A stretch of DNA of 25,490 nucleotides, filler included, from an uncultured virus (IMG/VR IMGVR_UViG_2512564001_000007) (6 parts of one record of this genome joined end to end with filler, not necessarily neighbours in it); one strand, 5' to 3'; numbered from the whole stretch's first letter, positions 14,970-24,597 are shown. The notes: generated by a model not told the origin, from the letters alone. A program made the numbers and translations.

Positions 14970-16693
14970 ATCGTAAATCGCATCCTAATGTTAATGCGGC
15001 TAATCAATATGCCAGAGACGTTGTAAAAGGAAACATTTCATCTTGTCAATATGTGAAAGATGCTTGCCAACGCCATATTGATGATTTAGCAAAGATGACA
15101 GAACGAAAATTTAGTTACCGATTCAATAAAGATCTGGCAGAGCAAGCTGCAAGATTCATCCAGCTACTTCCTCACACAAAAGGTGAGTGGGCGTTTAAAC
15201 GGATGCCAATAACACTTGAACCCTGGCAACTTTTTATTATTTGCAGTGTGTTTGGTTGGGTGCATAAAAGCAGTCAATTACGCCGTTTTCGTGAAGTTTA
15301 TACCGAAATCCCCCGTAAAAATGGTAAATCCGCCCTATCTGCCGGTGTCGCCCTGTATTGTTTTACGTGCGATAGCGAATTTGGGGCGGAAGTTTACTCG
15401 GGAGCAACCACTGAGAAGCAAGCCTGGGAAGTTTTTAGACCCGCTAAATTGATGTGTAAACGAACTCCCTTACTCACGCAGGCCTTTGGGATTGAAGTGA
15501 ATGCCCAAAATATGAATCGGCCTGCTGATGGGGCTCGCTTTGAACCGATTATAGGTAATCCTGGCGATGGTCAGTCGCCGCATTGTGCCATTGTTGATGA
15601 ATATCACGAACACGCTACTAATGCGCTATACACGACGATGCTAACCGGCATGGGCGCTCGACGTCAACCGCTGATGTGGGCGATCACGACAGCAGGCGAT
15701 AATATTGAAGGTCCCTGTTATGACAAACGCAGAGAAGTTATAGAGATGTTAAACGGTACAGTCCCTAATGATGAACTGTTCGGCATTATTTATACGGTTG
15801 ATGAAGGCGATGATTGGACAGATCCGGCGGTATTGAGAAAGGCAAATCCCAATATCGGGGTATCCATTTATCCTGATTTTCTGATCAGCCAACAGAATCG
15901 CGGAAAAAATACCCCCCGTCTGGCGGGCATATTTAAAACTAAGCATTTAAATATTTGGGTGTCTGCCCGTTCAGCCTACTTCAATATGATTGAGTGGCGT
16001 AAATGCGAAGATAAGACCTTAACCTTAGCACAATTTGAAGGCCATCCCTGTATTCAGGCACTCGATTTAGCCCGCAAGCTCGATATGAACTCACGGGTTA
16101 AGCTGTTCATTAGAGAAATTGAATGCAAACGTCATTATTACTGTATTTCTCCGGATTTTTATGTGCCGTACGATGCAGTATTTGGAGTCGATGTTGAAAA
16201 TCGCCGAATTGCTGAGCGTTTTAGAAAATGGGTTGAAACGGGGCATCTAAAAGTAACGGAGGGTGCGGAAATAGATTACAGGGAAATACTGGAAGACGCA
16301 AAAGTCGATAACCTCAATTATCCGATTGATGAAACTGCGATTGACCCCCATGGCGCAACTAATATTTCGCATCATCTGGCGGATGAAGGCATGAATCCGA
16401 TAACAATCGTGCAAAATTACACCAATATGTCTGATCCTATGAAAGAATTAGAAGCGGCAATAGCAGCGGGCCGTTTCCATCACGATGGCAATCCAATCAT
16501 GACTTGGTGCATGAGTAACGTGGTAGGAAAATACTTGCCGGGTAACGATGACGTTGTGCGTCCAATTAAAGAAAGAAATGAAAATAAAATCGATGGGGCG
16601 GTTTCGCTTATCATGGCAATTGGTAGAGCGATGTTACATAAACCGGATCTCTCTAGTTTTTTCGATGATCCAATTATAGTAGGTGTGGAATGA
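14966..16693 (+). CDS. terL: Terminase large subunit
   Basis: LEPWQ, Walker A PRKNGKS, Walker B AIVDEYH, ITTAG, nuclease motifs LDLA..LD and KIDG. Confidence 0.96.
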   Translation: MNRKSHPNVNAANQYARDVVKGNISSCQYVKDACQRHIDDLAKMTERKFSYRFNKDLAEQAARFIQLLPHTKGEWAFKRMPITLEPWQLFIICSVFGWVHKSSQLRRFREVYTEIPRKNGKSALSAGVALYCFTCDSEFGAEVYSGATTEKQAWEVFRPAKLMCKRTPLLTQAFGIEVNAQNMNRPADGARFEPIIGNPGDGQSPHCAIVDEYHEHATNALYTTMLTGMGARRQPLMWAITTAGDNIEGPCYDKRREVIEMLNGTVPNDELFGIIYTVDEGDDWTDPAVLRKANPNIGVSIYPDFLISQQNRGKNTPRLAGIFKTKHLNIWVSARSAYFNMIEWRKCEDKTLTLAQFEGHPCIQALDLARKLDMNSRVKLFIREIECKRHYYCISPDFYVPYDAVFGVDVENRRIAERFRKWVETGHLKVTEGAEIDYREILEDAKVDNLNYPIDETAIDPHGATNISHHLADEGMNPITIVQNYTNMSDPMKELEAAIAAGRFHHDGNPIMTWCMSNVVGKYLPGNDDVVRPIKERNENKIDGAVSLIMAIGRAMLHKPDLSSFFDDPIIVGVE

Positions 16694-17958
16694 AAGAAAG
16701 GAATAACCCCGGTAGGTTTAAAAGTGCTTTGCTTAATTGGCTGGGTATCCCCATTTCGCTGACCACGCCAGGGTTCTGGCAGGATTGGGTAGGAAGGAGT
16801 AGCAGCGGTAAAGTGGTCACCGTTGACAATGCGATGCAGATTTCTACGGTTTGGGCCTGTGTTCGACTGCTGAGTGAATCCATTTCAACGCTTCCTTTAA
16901 AAATTTATCAAACGCAAAGCGATGGGACACGCAGACTCGCATTAGACCATCCGGTTTATCCGTTACTTTGTAAGCAACCTAATAGTGAGATGACGCCTTC
17001 ACGCTTTATGTTGATGATTGTCGCCAGCCTATGTTTACGTGGTAATGCGTTTGTGGAGAAAAAATATATTGGCAACAAGTTAGTCTCCCTCAGCCCTTTA
17101 CTGCCTCAAAATATGGCGGTGAATCGTGAGGCGAATGGACGATTGAAATATACCTATACGGATCCGTTATCGCAGGGTCAGTATGTGATCCCCCTGAAGG
17201 CCATGATGCACATACGAGGATTTGGGCTTGATGGCGTTTGCGGCATGATCCCCGTACAAATGGGTAGAGATGTTATTGGTGCAGCCATGTCAGTAGAAGA
17301 GTCCGCCGCAAAAATTTTTGAAAATGGTTTACAAAGCTCCGGTTTTATCTCGGCTGAAGGTTCATTAAATGATCTGCAACGCGAAAGACTCAAAAAGTAT
17401 CTAAAAGAATTTATGGGTTCAAAAAACGCGGGAAAAGTCATGGTGATTGAAGGCGGCATGAAATATAACAATGTCACAATGAACCCAGAAGCCGCGCAGA
17501 TGCTAGAGAGTCGAACCTTTAGTATCGAAGAAATTTGCCGTTGGTTTCGTGTTCCCCCTTTCATGGTAGGGCATGTGACAAAGCAAAGTAGTTGGGCATC
17601 GAGTGTTGAAGGGATGAATATGCAGTTTCTGACGAATACATTACGCCCGTTATTAGTCAATATTGAACAGGAAATCAGCCGTTGCCTGTTACAGGATGAA
17701 AATTATGTTGTGGAATTTTCAGTTGAGGGTTTACTGCGTGCCGATAGCGCAGGCAGATCGGCTTATTATACCACCGCACTCCAAAATGGCTGGATGAGTC
17801 GTAACGATGTACGACGTCTGGAAAATTTGCCGCCAATAGAAGGGGGTGATATTTATACCGTTCAATTAAACCTGACCCCGCTCGACCGATTAGGTGAAAA
17901 AATCGATGGGCCAGAAAGCAAAGATAAAAACAAAAATGACGTTCTCCGTTCACATTAA
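16690..17958 (+). CDS. HK97-family portal protein
   Basis: [61 protein letters not shown]. Confidence 0.96.
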   Translation: MKERNNPGRFKSALLNWLGIPISLTTPGFWQDWVGRSSSGKVVTVDNAMQISTVWACVRLLSESISTLPLKIYQTQSDGTRRLALDHPVYPLLCKQPNSEMTPSRFMLMIVASLCLRGNAFVEKKYIGNKLVSLSPLLPQNMAVNREANGRLKYTYTDPLSQGQYVIPLKAMMHIRGFGLDGVCGMIPVQMGRDVIGAAMSVEESAAKIFENGLQSSGFISAEGSLNDLQRERLKKYLKEFMGSKNAGKVMVIEGGMKYNNVTMNPEAAQMLESRTFSIEEICRWFRVPPFMVGHVTKQSSWASSVEGMNMQFLTNTLRPLLVNIEQEISRCLLQDENYVVEFSVEGLLRADSAGRSAYYTTALQNGWMSRNDVRRLENLPPIEGGDIYTVQLNLTPLDRLGEKIDGPESKDKNKNDVLRSH

Positions 17959-17989
17959 GACACCTTCCACGCTCACAATTTGAGAAATC

Positions 17990-18850
17990 ATGATTATGGA
18001 TAAAAAAACATTGCCGGTTGCGCCGGAGACACATCCCTGTACTGATATTTCTTATGAAATCAAGCCAAAAGTTTTTGAACACTGGCAAAGTGGTATTAAA
18101 GCGGTCAAAACAGCGAATACGATCTCAATCCTGGATGTTATTGGTGAAGATTATTGGGGGGAAGGAGTCACGGTAAAACGGATTTCAGCGGCACTAAGTG
18201 CGATAGGTGACCAGGACGTGATTGTTAATCTAAACAGTCCAGGGGGCGATATGTTTGCGGGCGTTGCTATTTATAATCTGCTTCGCTCTCATTGTGCAAA
18301 GGTGACTATCAACGTACTCGGTATTGCGGCTTCTGCCGCTTCCATCATCGCCATGGCGGGGGATGAAGTACGAATGGGGACGGGAACTTTTTTGATGATC
18401 CATAACTGTTGGGTAGTTGGCATAGGGAATCGCCATGATTTTGCTAGGTTGTGTGAAGAAATGCGTCCTTTTGACAAAGCCATGGCTGATATTTACGCGG
18501 CTCGAAGTGGTCTCACCCCTACGGATATTGAAAAAATCATGGATAACGAAACCTATTTAAGTGCCGAAGAAGCCATAGCCCAGGGATTCGCCGATGAATT
18601 AATATCAATTGACCATCTTGAAGCGGAAGAAGAGACGCCCCAGGCTGCACTCCGAAAAATTGATGCATTGTTGGCGAAAACCAATACCCCGCGTTCAGAG
18701 CGACGAAAACTGATTAAGTCATTAACCGGTGGTAAGCCGTGCGCTACCGCTAGTTCAACCGGTATGCCAAGCGCTACTGAGGATATAAACCCTGAATATT
18801 TAACCAAATTGCAAAATGCAATCAATGCGTTTGCATCGACAACCCGATAG
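17990..18850 (+). CDS. ClpP-like head maturation protease
   Basis: NSPGGD, GIAASAAS (catalytic Ser), MIHN (His), ETYLSAEEAIAQGFAD; start may be the ATG at 17996. Confidence 0.93.
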   Translation: MIMDKKTLPVAPETHPCTDISYEIKPKVFEHWQSGIKAVKTANTISILDVIGEDYWGEGVTVKRISAALSAIGDQDVIVNLNSPGGDMFAGVAIYNLLRSHCAKVTINVLGIAASAASIIAMAGDEVRMGTGTFLMIHNCWVVGIGNRHDFARLCEEMRPFDKAMADIYAARSGLTPTDIEKIMDNETYLSAEEAIAQGFADELISIDHLEAEEETPQAALRKIDALLAKTNTPRSERRKLIKSLTGGKPCATASSTGMPSATEDINPEYLTKLQNAINAFASTTR

Positions 18851-18862
18851 TGGAGAGAATTT

Positions 18863-20083
18863 ATGTCGAGCACCAATGAATTATTAAAAGCGTTGTCCGC
18901 CAAACTCGAAACGGCGAACAGTCAATTCAATGCCAAAGCGGAAGAAGCTCTTAACGAAGCTAAAAAAGTGGGTGGCTTGAGTGCCGAAACAAAAGCGTCA
19001 GTCGATAAACTGGCCGTGGAATTAAACGCGCTACGTGAATCTGAAAAAACATTAAAAGCCTCATTAGGCGAACTGGAACAACATGTTGCGCAGATGCCGT
19101 TACAAAATGCGATCCAAACAATCCAAACGGTGGGTCATCAGGTGGTGTCTGCCGAAAATATTAAGGCGATTAATGCCAGTATCGAAGGTAATAAACGTTT
19201 CTCCGTGAGTGTTAATGCCGCATTAACGACGCCCAATATTACGGGAAATATTATTGAGCCTGATAGACTGCCGGGTATTGATGTTAAGCCCAAGCAACGT
19301 TTGTTCATCAGAGACCTGATAGCACCTGGAAAAACGGTTTCAAACACTATCTATTGGGTACAACAAACCGGATTCACCAATAAGGCGGCGACTGTTGCTG
19401 AAAATACCACTAAACCCTATAGTGATATTGAGTTTGCGGAAAAAGTAACCCCTGTACGCACGCTTGCCCATATGTTTAAGGCGTCCAAACAGGTATTAGA
19501 TGATTTTTCTCAACTGCAATCGCTGATCGATGCCGAAATGCGCTACGGATTAAAGTACGTCGAAGAGCAGGAAATCTTATTTGGAGATGGCACGGGCACG
19601 CATTTACACGGCATTATTCCACAGGCGTCTAAATTCAAAGCGGAATTTAAGGTTGACAAACAAAATGGCATCGATGATTTACGGCTGGCGATGTTGCAAG
19701 CTCAACTGGCTCGATTCCCTGCCTCCAGTCATGTCTTACATTTCATTGACTGGGCAAAAATTGAGTTAAGTAAAGATACATTAGGGCGTTATATTCTGGC
19801 TAATCCGTCAGCGTTAACAGGCCCGACATTATGGGGATTACCCGTCGTGGCCACAGAGACAAGTGCATTTAAAGGCAAATTCCTGACAGGTGCCTTTAAC
19901 GCCGGTGCACAGTTGTTTGATCGCGAAGAAACCAATGTCGTCATTTCTTCGGAGAACGTCGATGATTTCGAAAAGAACATGATCTCCATTCGTTGTGAAG
20001 AGCGGTTGGCACTAGCAGTGAAACGTCCCGAAGCTTTTGTGTATGGTGATTTCACCGTTCCGGTTGCGCCTACTGCACAATAG
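18863..20083 (+). CDS. HK97-fold major capsid protein with N-terminal delta domain
   Basis: Coiled-coil N-terminus, LFIRDLI.PG, VAENTTKP, EEQEILFGDGTG, TLWGLPVV, FEKNMISIRCEERLALAVKRPEAFV. Confidence 0.96.
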   Translation: MSSTNELLKALSAKLETANSQFNAKAEEALNEAKKVGGLSAETKASVDKLAVELNALRESEKTLKASLGELEQHVAQMPLQNAIQTIQTVGHQVVSAENIKAINASIEGNKRFSVSVNAALTTPNITGNIIEPDRLPGIDVKPKQRLFIRDLIAPGKTVSNTIYWVQQTGFTNKAATVAENTTKPYSDIEFAEKVTPVRTLAHMFKASKQVLDDFSQLQSLIDAEMRYGLKYVEEQEILFGDGTGTHLHGIIPQASKFKAEFKVDKQNGIDDLRLAMLQAQLARFPASSHVLHFIDWAKIELSKDTLGRYILANPSALTGPTLWGLPVVATETSAFKGKFLTGAFNAGAQLFDREETNVVISSENVDDFEKNMISIRCEERLALAVKRPEAFVYGDFTVPVAPTAQ

Positions 20084-20103
20084 GGTGGATAGTTTAGCCC
20101 ACC

Positions 20104-20133
20104 AAGACGGTCTGAAAAGATCGTCTTTTTTTT
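20104..20133 (+). terminator. Intrinsic terminator after the capsid gene
   Basis: AAGACGGTCT-GAAA-AGATCGTCTT followed by a T-run. Confidence 0.8.
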
Positions 20134-20149
20134 CGAAGGAAAATCATTC

Positions 20150-20338
20150 ATGAAATTAAAGATCGTTCGTGCCATCTATTTTAATCATAGCGTGGTACGA
20201 GAAGGTGAACAGATTGAAACTGTCGAGCAACACGGGCGCGAGCTTGTTAATAAAGGTTATGCAATCGCCCTCAAAGAGGATGAAGCTATTGCGGAGCCAA
20301 CGGAGCCAAAAAAATCATCAAAAAAGCGGAAGGAATAA
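20150..20338 (+). CDS. Small head-associated hypothetical protein
   Basis: 62 aa with AAGGA RBS and a basic tail; stop overlaps the next start (TAATG). Confidence 0.75.
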   Translation: MKLKIVRAIYFNHSVVREGEQIETVEQHGRELVNKGYAIALKEDEAIAEPTEPKKSSKKRKE

Positions 20339-20670
20339 TGTTAGCACTTGAAAAAGTCAAGGCACAGTGTCGTATTGATTCAGATTATCGCGGCGAGGAT
20401 GATTTATTAACAGGTTATATCAGGGCAGCACACCGTTTTGTTGAAAATTTTACCCGAAGAAAACTGATGGAAAAGTTATATGATAATAATCCGCCTGATT
20501 TTTGTGAAGGTGCGCCCTTGTTGTTTGATGCCGATATTGAAACGGCCATGTTGCTATTAATTGGGCACTGGTATGCGAATCGAGAGGCGGTTGTCATTGG
20601 GGAGTCAGCAACCACAATGCCGTTGGCTGTTGAAGAGTTATTACAACCTTATAAGGTTTACGGCTTATGA
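20338..20670 (+). CDS. Head-tail connector (HK97 gp6-like)
   Basis: LEKVKAQCRID...EDDLL..YI.AA...AMLLLIGHWYANRE...LLQPY. Confidence 0.93.
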   Translation: MLALEKVKAQCRIDSDYRGEDDLLTGYIRAAHRFVENFTRRKLMEKLYDNNPPDFCEGAPLLFDADIETAMLLLIGHWYANREAVVIGESATTMPLAVEELLQPYKVYGL

Positions 20671-20853
20671 AATCGCTGCGATCAGGCAAGCTTAATAAAC
20701 GCATTACCTTGTTTCGACCCATCACAAAATATCGTCCTTTAGGCGATCCATATACGGAAATGAAAGAAGTGATTACCGTTTATGCCCATGCGGAGTCGAT
20801 TTCTAATCGGAAAATTCGCACGGCTGATCAAGAACAGGTGATTGAAACCTTGC
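20667..20853 (+). CDS. Head closure / head-tail adaptor (SPP1 gp16-like), 3' end in gap
   Basis: LRSGKLNKRITL N-terminal motif; follows the gp6-like gene with an ATGA overlap. Confidence 0.85.
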
Positions 20854-20953
20854 NNNNNNNNNNNNNNNNNNNNNNNNNNNNNNNNNNNNNNNNNNNNTTA
20901 ATTAATTAANNNNNNNNNNNNNNNNNNNNNNNNNNNNNNNNNNNNNNNNNNNN
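20854..20953. other. Artificial contig linker / assembly gap
   Basis: N44-TTAATTAATTAA-N44. Confidence 0.98.
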
Positions 20954-21451
20954 CGTATCACGTTTAGCCGTAGGGGGTGTTACAGAAAACGACTCTGATT
21001 CTGGCTGATTATTAACCAATTGTGTAACGCTAGTTATCTCATCAATGCGTGCAGGAACAGGTTCAATAAACAGAACATTACAACAAGCTCCGGTTGAAGT
21101 ATTAATTGTACGAAGTTCAAGTGTAATAATGCCTTGCGATTTCAATCGTTTTAAGGCATCAGTCACTTCTCGTTTTGTAAATCCGAACTGATCAGCAAAA
21201 GATTGATAACTACGCTGTAATTTGTCACCCTGAAAACGCTTGCGCCATCCTTTTAGTTCACCCGTAGACTCATCCCTAATTTCAGTTGGACGATACCAGT
21301 AAATAATTTCAGACAGTAAAACAATAGCGGTGCTATCAGGTTTTCCACTTGGCATTTTGATGTGATGCCACCAGTTAGCAGGGATAACATTACCAGACAG
21401 ATTTATACGCCCAATTTGGTTAACGGTCTCGGTTGGAGTAATATGTTTCAT
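20954..21451 (-). CDS. Phage replication initiator (O position, winged-helix), 3' end in gap
   Basis: LLSEIIYWYRP...LQRSYQSFADQFGFTKREVTDALKRLKSQGII; located downstream of cII. Confidence 0.8.
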
Positions 21452-21615
21452 TGATTACCTCTAATGGATTCTTGACGATGTTTAAGCCTTAACTTTGCAT
21501 CTTCTAATGCAGCTTTTAGCTTCTTGGCGGCTAACTCTGTGAAAGAGCGATTGACTCTCTCTCTAATAATGTTTTTATGGATATTTGACTGGTAAAATCG
21601 GCGATTTTTTGGCAT
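21448..21615 (-). CDS. Small basic protein between cII and the replication gene (55 aa, possibly DUF2740-like), below the ORF-track cutoff
   Basis: MPKNRRFYQSNIHKNIIRERVNRSFTELAAKKLKAALEDAKLRLKHRQESIRGNQ; GAGG RBS; ATGA overlap with the replication gene. Confidence 0.7.
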   Translation of the reverse strand: MPKNRRFYQSNIHKNIIRERVNRSFTELAAKKLKAALEDAKLRLKHRQESIRGNQ

Positions 21616-21624
21616 AATGACCTC

Positions 21625-21747
21625 GCTGAAATTGAAAGAAAAAAGGGAAAACTGGCGTTTCCCTTCTCCTTGAAAGGCAACCCAAACTTAAAGCTGGATA
21701 TGATGTTTGCAGGCTCCATTGTTTTTTAACTCTGGAGCTTCTTTTTT
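21625..21747 (+). ncRNA. OOP-like antisense RNA to the cII 3' end (ends approximate)
   Basis: Extended -10 TGGCATAAT at 21610-21618 over the downstream gene's start, as for lambda pO; terminator GCTCCA...TGGAGC-TTCTTTTTT inside the cII 3' end. Confidence 0.55.
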
Positions 21748-22044
21748 GGGCAATCTCAAATGCTCCAGCATGTCTATCAGCTTGCGTATTTCTTCACCTG
21801 AGATATTCGTTATGACTAAATCTTGCTTCGGTGAATCGTAGCCAATGCAATCAAGCAGTTTTGCCATCTTCGGAATTATTCCATCCTCTGACTGCCATCT
21901 CGTGATTTGAGATGGATTTACGCCAATAGCCTCAGCAATTCTTATAGCTGAATGTGCCTGAATGCCATTGCGTATTCTGGCTTCAATGTTTTTTGCATTT
22001 GATTTGCGTGTAATTGTGGTTTCCATGTCTATAATTAATTCCAT
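21688..22044 (-). CDS. cII: CII transcriptional activator (start may be the ATG at 22026)
   Basis: AKNIEARIRNGI...IAEAIGVNPSQITRWQ...IPKMAKLL...KKEAP...IQL parallels lambda CII. Confidence 0.88.
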   Translation of the reverse strand: MELIIDMETTITRKSNAKNIEARIRNGIQAHSAIRIAEAIGVNPSQITRWQSEDGIIPKMAKLLDCIGYDSPKQDLVITNISGEEIRKLIDMLEHLRLPKKEAPELKNNGACKHHIQL

Positions 22045-22093
22045 AAGTTTCAGATAATAGTTATCCCTCCCGATGGGCTGGGAATTTATAAAT

Positions 22094-22129
22094 CTCCCAA
22101 TTTCAGGGAGGCCAGGTTGTTAAAGAGCG
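22094..22129 (-). promoter_or_regulatory. nutR (boxA + boxB-like hairpin)
   Basis: CGCTCTTTAACA then CTCCC-TGAAATT-GGGAG, between cro and cII. Confidence 0.8.
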
Positions 22130-22155
22130 GTGGTACTAAAAATTGTAATTATTTA

Positions 22156-22383
22156 TTATTCACTTTCAGGATGAGGGAATAACTTTGGTAAATCAGGTCT
22201 AAAACGATAAGCTGGAACTGTACCTCCCGTGACTTCAACTAAATCAGGTACAGATTTGGGAGATACTGGTTTTTTACCATTTAACCAATCACAAATAGTC
22301 GATTGAGCCAATCCGCATTTTTTTGCTAATGCCTTCTGACTTCCGGCTATTTTAATAGCAGCTTCTATTCCATAATTTTTCAT
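22156..22383 (-). CDS. cro: Cro-like regulator (YdaS-like HTH)
   Basis: AIKIAGSQKALAKKCGLAQSTICDWLNGK...TGG.V....RPDL..LF. Confidence 0.88.
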   Translation of the reverse strand: MKNYGIEAAIKIAGSQKALAKKCGLAQSTICDWLNGKKPVSPKSVPDLVEVTGGTVPAYRFRPDLPKLFPHPESE

Positions 22384-22384
22384 T

Positions 22385-22479
22385 AATCGAATCTCCTATA
22401 GATAAAACCGATTATAAGAATCAATTAATAAACTGTCAATCGTATTTGCTATTTTGCGTATATATCGTTAATGCGATAT
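22385..22479. promoter_or_regulatory. pR and OR operators of prophage B
   Basis: Perfect TTGACA-N17-TATAAT on minus (22439-22411); operators ATATCG-N6-CGATAT (22462-22479), AATCG-N6-CTATT (22438-22453), AATCG-N6-CTATA (22385-22400). Confidence 0.8.
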
Positions 22480-22512
22480 TATTTGATCAAATATCTTCGT
22501 GGGGTTATTTAG

Positions 22513-23214
22513 GTGAGCTTTTCAGAGAGACTCAAGCAAGCAATGCAAGAAAAAGGATTCAGTCAAGGCGCTTTAGCTAAAGCTGTTGGAATGGCTCAAT
22601 CAAGCGTATGGCGACTGACGAGTGGCGGCGCATTAGGAACAAAAAAACTAATAAAAATAGCAAAAGTTTTAGATGTTAATCCTGAATGGCTTTCAGATGG
22701 TATTGGAACGATGAAAGCTCACGGTATTAAATCTAATAATCAATTAATTATTGATTCTGTATCGCATTACACGGACAAGAGTAAAACTGATGAAAAAGAT
22801 AATAATGTTGTCAAACTAAAATTATATAACCGCATTGAGTGGGTGCTTTCCCCTAGCGTTAGGGGTGAAAAGGACACTTATTCTATGTTTTTAATACCTA
22901 AAAATATAGTTGAAGAAACCAGAAGCTCAATTAAAGATTCAATATCAATAATTGCACCTGATGACAGCATGTCACCGATTATTCAAGAAAACTCTACCGT
23001 TGCACTGGATACGAGCATAAAAGATATTAAAAATGGTAAGATTTATTTAGTATCTTATGGTGGTGTATTTATGATACGCGGACTTTACAGTTTGCCCGAA
23101 AATAAAATCAAATTAAAAAATTATAAATCTGATGATTACCCAGAATTGATCGTTTCTGCATCAGAGCTGCTAATAATAGGGAAAGTCTATTATGTAGCAA
23201 GTAAAATCGATTAA
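22513..23214 (+). CDS. cI: CI-like repressor (XRE HTH + degenerate S24 domain)
   Basis: FSERLKQAM...SQGALAKAVGMAQSSVWRL...IAKVLDVNPEWL; C-domain DDSMSP and IIGKV; GTG start. Confidence 0.88.
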   Translation: MSFSERLKQAMQEKGFSQGALAKAVGMAQSSVWRLTSGGALGTKKLIKIAKVLDVNPEWLSDGIGTMKAHGIKSNNQLIIDSVSHYTDKSKTDEKDNNVVKLKLYNRIEWVLSPSVRGEKDTYSMFLIPKNIVEETRSSIKDSISIIAPDDSMSPIIQENSTVALDTSIKDIKNGKIYLVSYGGVFMIRGLYSLPENKIKLKNYKSDDYPELIVSASELLIIGKVYYVASKID

Positions 23215-23306
23215 ACACATAACCAGCCCGCTATCCAAGTGGGCATTTAGTAGTCTTCAACCAATTTATACATTCCAAATCTACTTTTCATTTCAAAATT
23301 AACAGC

Positions 23307-23409
23307 AATCGTTTTTTAGATAAAAAACACTATATTATTATTTAGTTATTTAAATTCATTACTTTTAATCGTTTTTACGATTGACAATTAAAATAGAAAA
23401 GACTATTAT
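23307..23409 (+). promoter_or_regulatory. pL and OL operators of prophage B
   Basis: TTGACA-N17-TATTAT (23381-23409); AATCG-N6-CGATT (23367-23382), AATAG-N6-CTATT (23392-23407), AATCG-N6-AGATA (23307-23322). Confidence 0.8.
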
Positions 23410-23532
23410 CCTGTCCATCAACTCACTGCAACAGGCAAACGCCAGACAATACTCCGAGTTATCTGAAACGTTGCCAAGTAGCCAGCCTGAGGCATATGAA
23501 CATGAAGGTAAGTGACTACAGTTAAGCAGTAC

Positions 23533-23563
23533 CGCTCTTTAACACTCTTTCGCTGAAAAAGCG
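23533..23563 (+). promoter_or_regulatory. nutL (boxA + boxB)
   Basis: CGCTCTTTAACA-N6-CGCT-GAAAA-AGCG, a lambda-type pentaloop. Confidence 0.88.
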
Positions 23564-23587
23564 TAACCACAAAACACCCAAACAGTC

Positions 23588-23705
23588 GGTTTTGGGGTGT
23601 GTGAAATAACCAAAATACAGCCATTAAGTTAAAAGCCAACACCAGGGTACTACCAAGATGACTGTAAATATGAACCGGATACCTCCGGCACACACCACCA
23701 AAACC
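23588..23705 (+). promoter_or_regulatory. N-leader RNase III processing stem (copy 2)
   Basis: GGTTTTGGGGTGTGTG ... CACACACCACCAAAACC between nutL and the N RBS, as in lambda. Confidence 0.8.
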
Positions 23706-23722
23706 CATTGTCAGGAGGTAAT

Positions 23723-24064
23723 ATGTGTAACTTTCATGGTTATGATAATGCTCGCCGTCGGAGACAGGAGCGGAGAAGAGCTAAACAAGCAGCTTATGAA
23801 TATAACAAAGCACTTAATATGGCACTGAAAGCAGCCTTAAATCGAAGCAAACCCTCTCAGCAACAAACACCAACAAACACTAAACGCCCTATCCTTTCAC
23901 TAAAAAGAAAAGTGATTAATCGTGTAGAAAAAGCAATATCAATTCGTCCTACTAAAGTTTATGACGCATTTAATAACTGCTGTTTGCCTATAGCAGCTTT
24001 GTATACTTCCAGACGGTTTAATAATAAACCTAAATCACATTTTGGAGTTACCGCTAATGCTTGA
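23723..24064 (+). CDS. N: Antitermination protein N
   Basis: ATG at 23723 with AGGAGG RBS; Arg-rich NARRRRQERRRAKQ; lambda-like RPILSLKRK..NRVEKA; P22-like CLP.AALY. Confidence 0.9.
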   Translation: MCNFHGYDNARRRRQERRRAKQAAYEYNKALNMALKAALNRSKPSQQQTPTNTKRPILSLKRKVINRVEKAISIRPTKVYDAFNNCCLPIAALYTSRRFNNKPKSHFGVTANA

Positions 24065-24278
24065 GAATAAGTACGAACTTAAATTAATGGAACTAAACTA
24101 CAATGGAGAAAAAATCTTTTTTCCCATTCAGGCAATATGTTCATTTTATGAAGATAAAAACGACGGCGAAGTGCTTAGCGTACTTGAACTTAACAGCGGC
24201 AAAAAATATAAATTCCTCATGCCGCTATCCGAGCTATTTAACAATATTGATCTCAATATCCAACTTCCAGTTAATTAA
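24057..24278 (+). CDS. Hypothetical protein
   Basis: ATG at 24057 with GGAG RBS, overlapping the N 3' end; 73 aa. Confidence 0.55.
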   Translation: MLENKYELKLMELNYNGEKIFFPIQAICSFYEDKNDGEVLSVLELNSGKKYKFLMPLSELFNNIDLNIQLPVN

Positions 24279-24288
24279 AGAGGTAAAA

Positions 24289-24378
24289 ATGCAAAACAAC
24301 GACCCTGAATTAATGGGGCGTCAAAATACTGACGACCTATTATATTTTCGGATTTATGCGCTAACTTTTTTCAATAAC
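24289..24378 (+). CDS. Hypothetical protein, 5' fragment
   Basis: GAGGT RBS and ATG, open to the contig end. Confidence 0.4.
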
Positions 24379-24478
24379 NNNNNNNNNNNNNNNNNNNNNN
24401 NNNNNNNNNNNNNNNNNNNNNNTTAATTAATTAANNNNNNNNNNNNNNNNNNNNNNNNNNNNNNNNNNNNNNNNNNNN
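24379..24478. other. Artificial contig linker / assembly gap
   Basis: N44-TTAATTAATTAA-N44. Confidence 0.98.
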
Positions 24479-24597
24479 AATATTAGGGAAATGTTGTGGT
24501 TACGAACACACAACGGTATGAATATATCATAATTAACTGAAGTTGATCAAATTTTGATCAGAATGGTAATCATTTGATTGGTAATGGGAGTAACTGT

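Larger units (their letters stand above)
12652..20853 (+). mobile_element. Prophage late region: spanins and HK97-type packaging/head module
   Basis: Rz/Rz1-HNH-terS-terL-portal-protease-capsid-connector-closure order. Confidence 0.92.
20954..24378. mobile_element. Prophage B lambdoid immunity/early region (inverted relative to prophage A)
   Basis: rep <- orf <- cII <- nutR <- cro | cI -> pL -> nutL -> N, with its own repressor and operator set. Confidence 0.9.

Noticed and set aside
15216..19769. Alternative-frame and antisense ORFs inside terL, portal, protease and capsid genes
   Set aside because: Shadow ORFs of well-supported genes, with no recognisable motifs.
23662..23677. LexA-box-like CTGTAAATATGAACCG
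   Set aside because: The invariant CAG is CCG, it is far from any promoter, and the matching site in the other leader copy is weaker.
23418..23708. 96-aa minus-strand ORF in the N leader (the sieB position in lambda)
   Set aside because: It overlaps nutL and the RNase III stem, has no convincing RBS and no recognisable motif.
753..24478. Five recurring TTAATTAATTAA palindromes within N runs
   Set aside because: Identical 100-bp artificial linkers. ORFs ending in X...LIN are artefacts of them.
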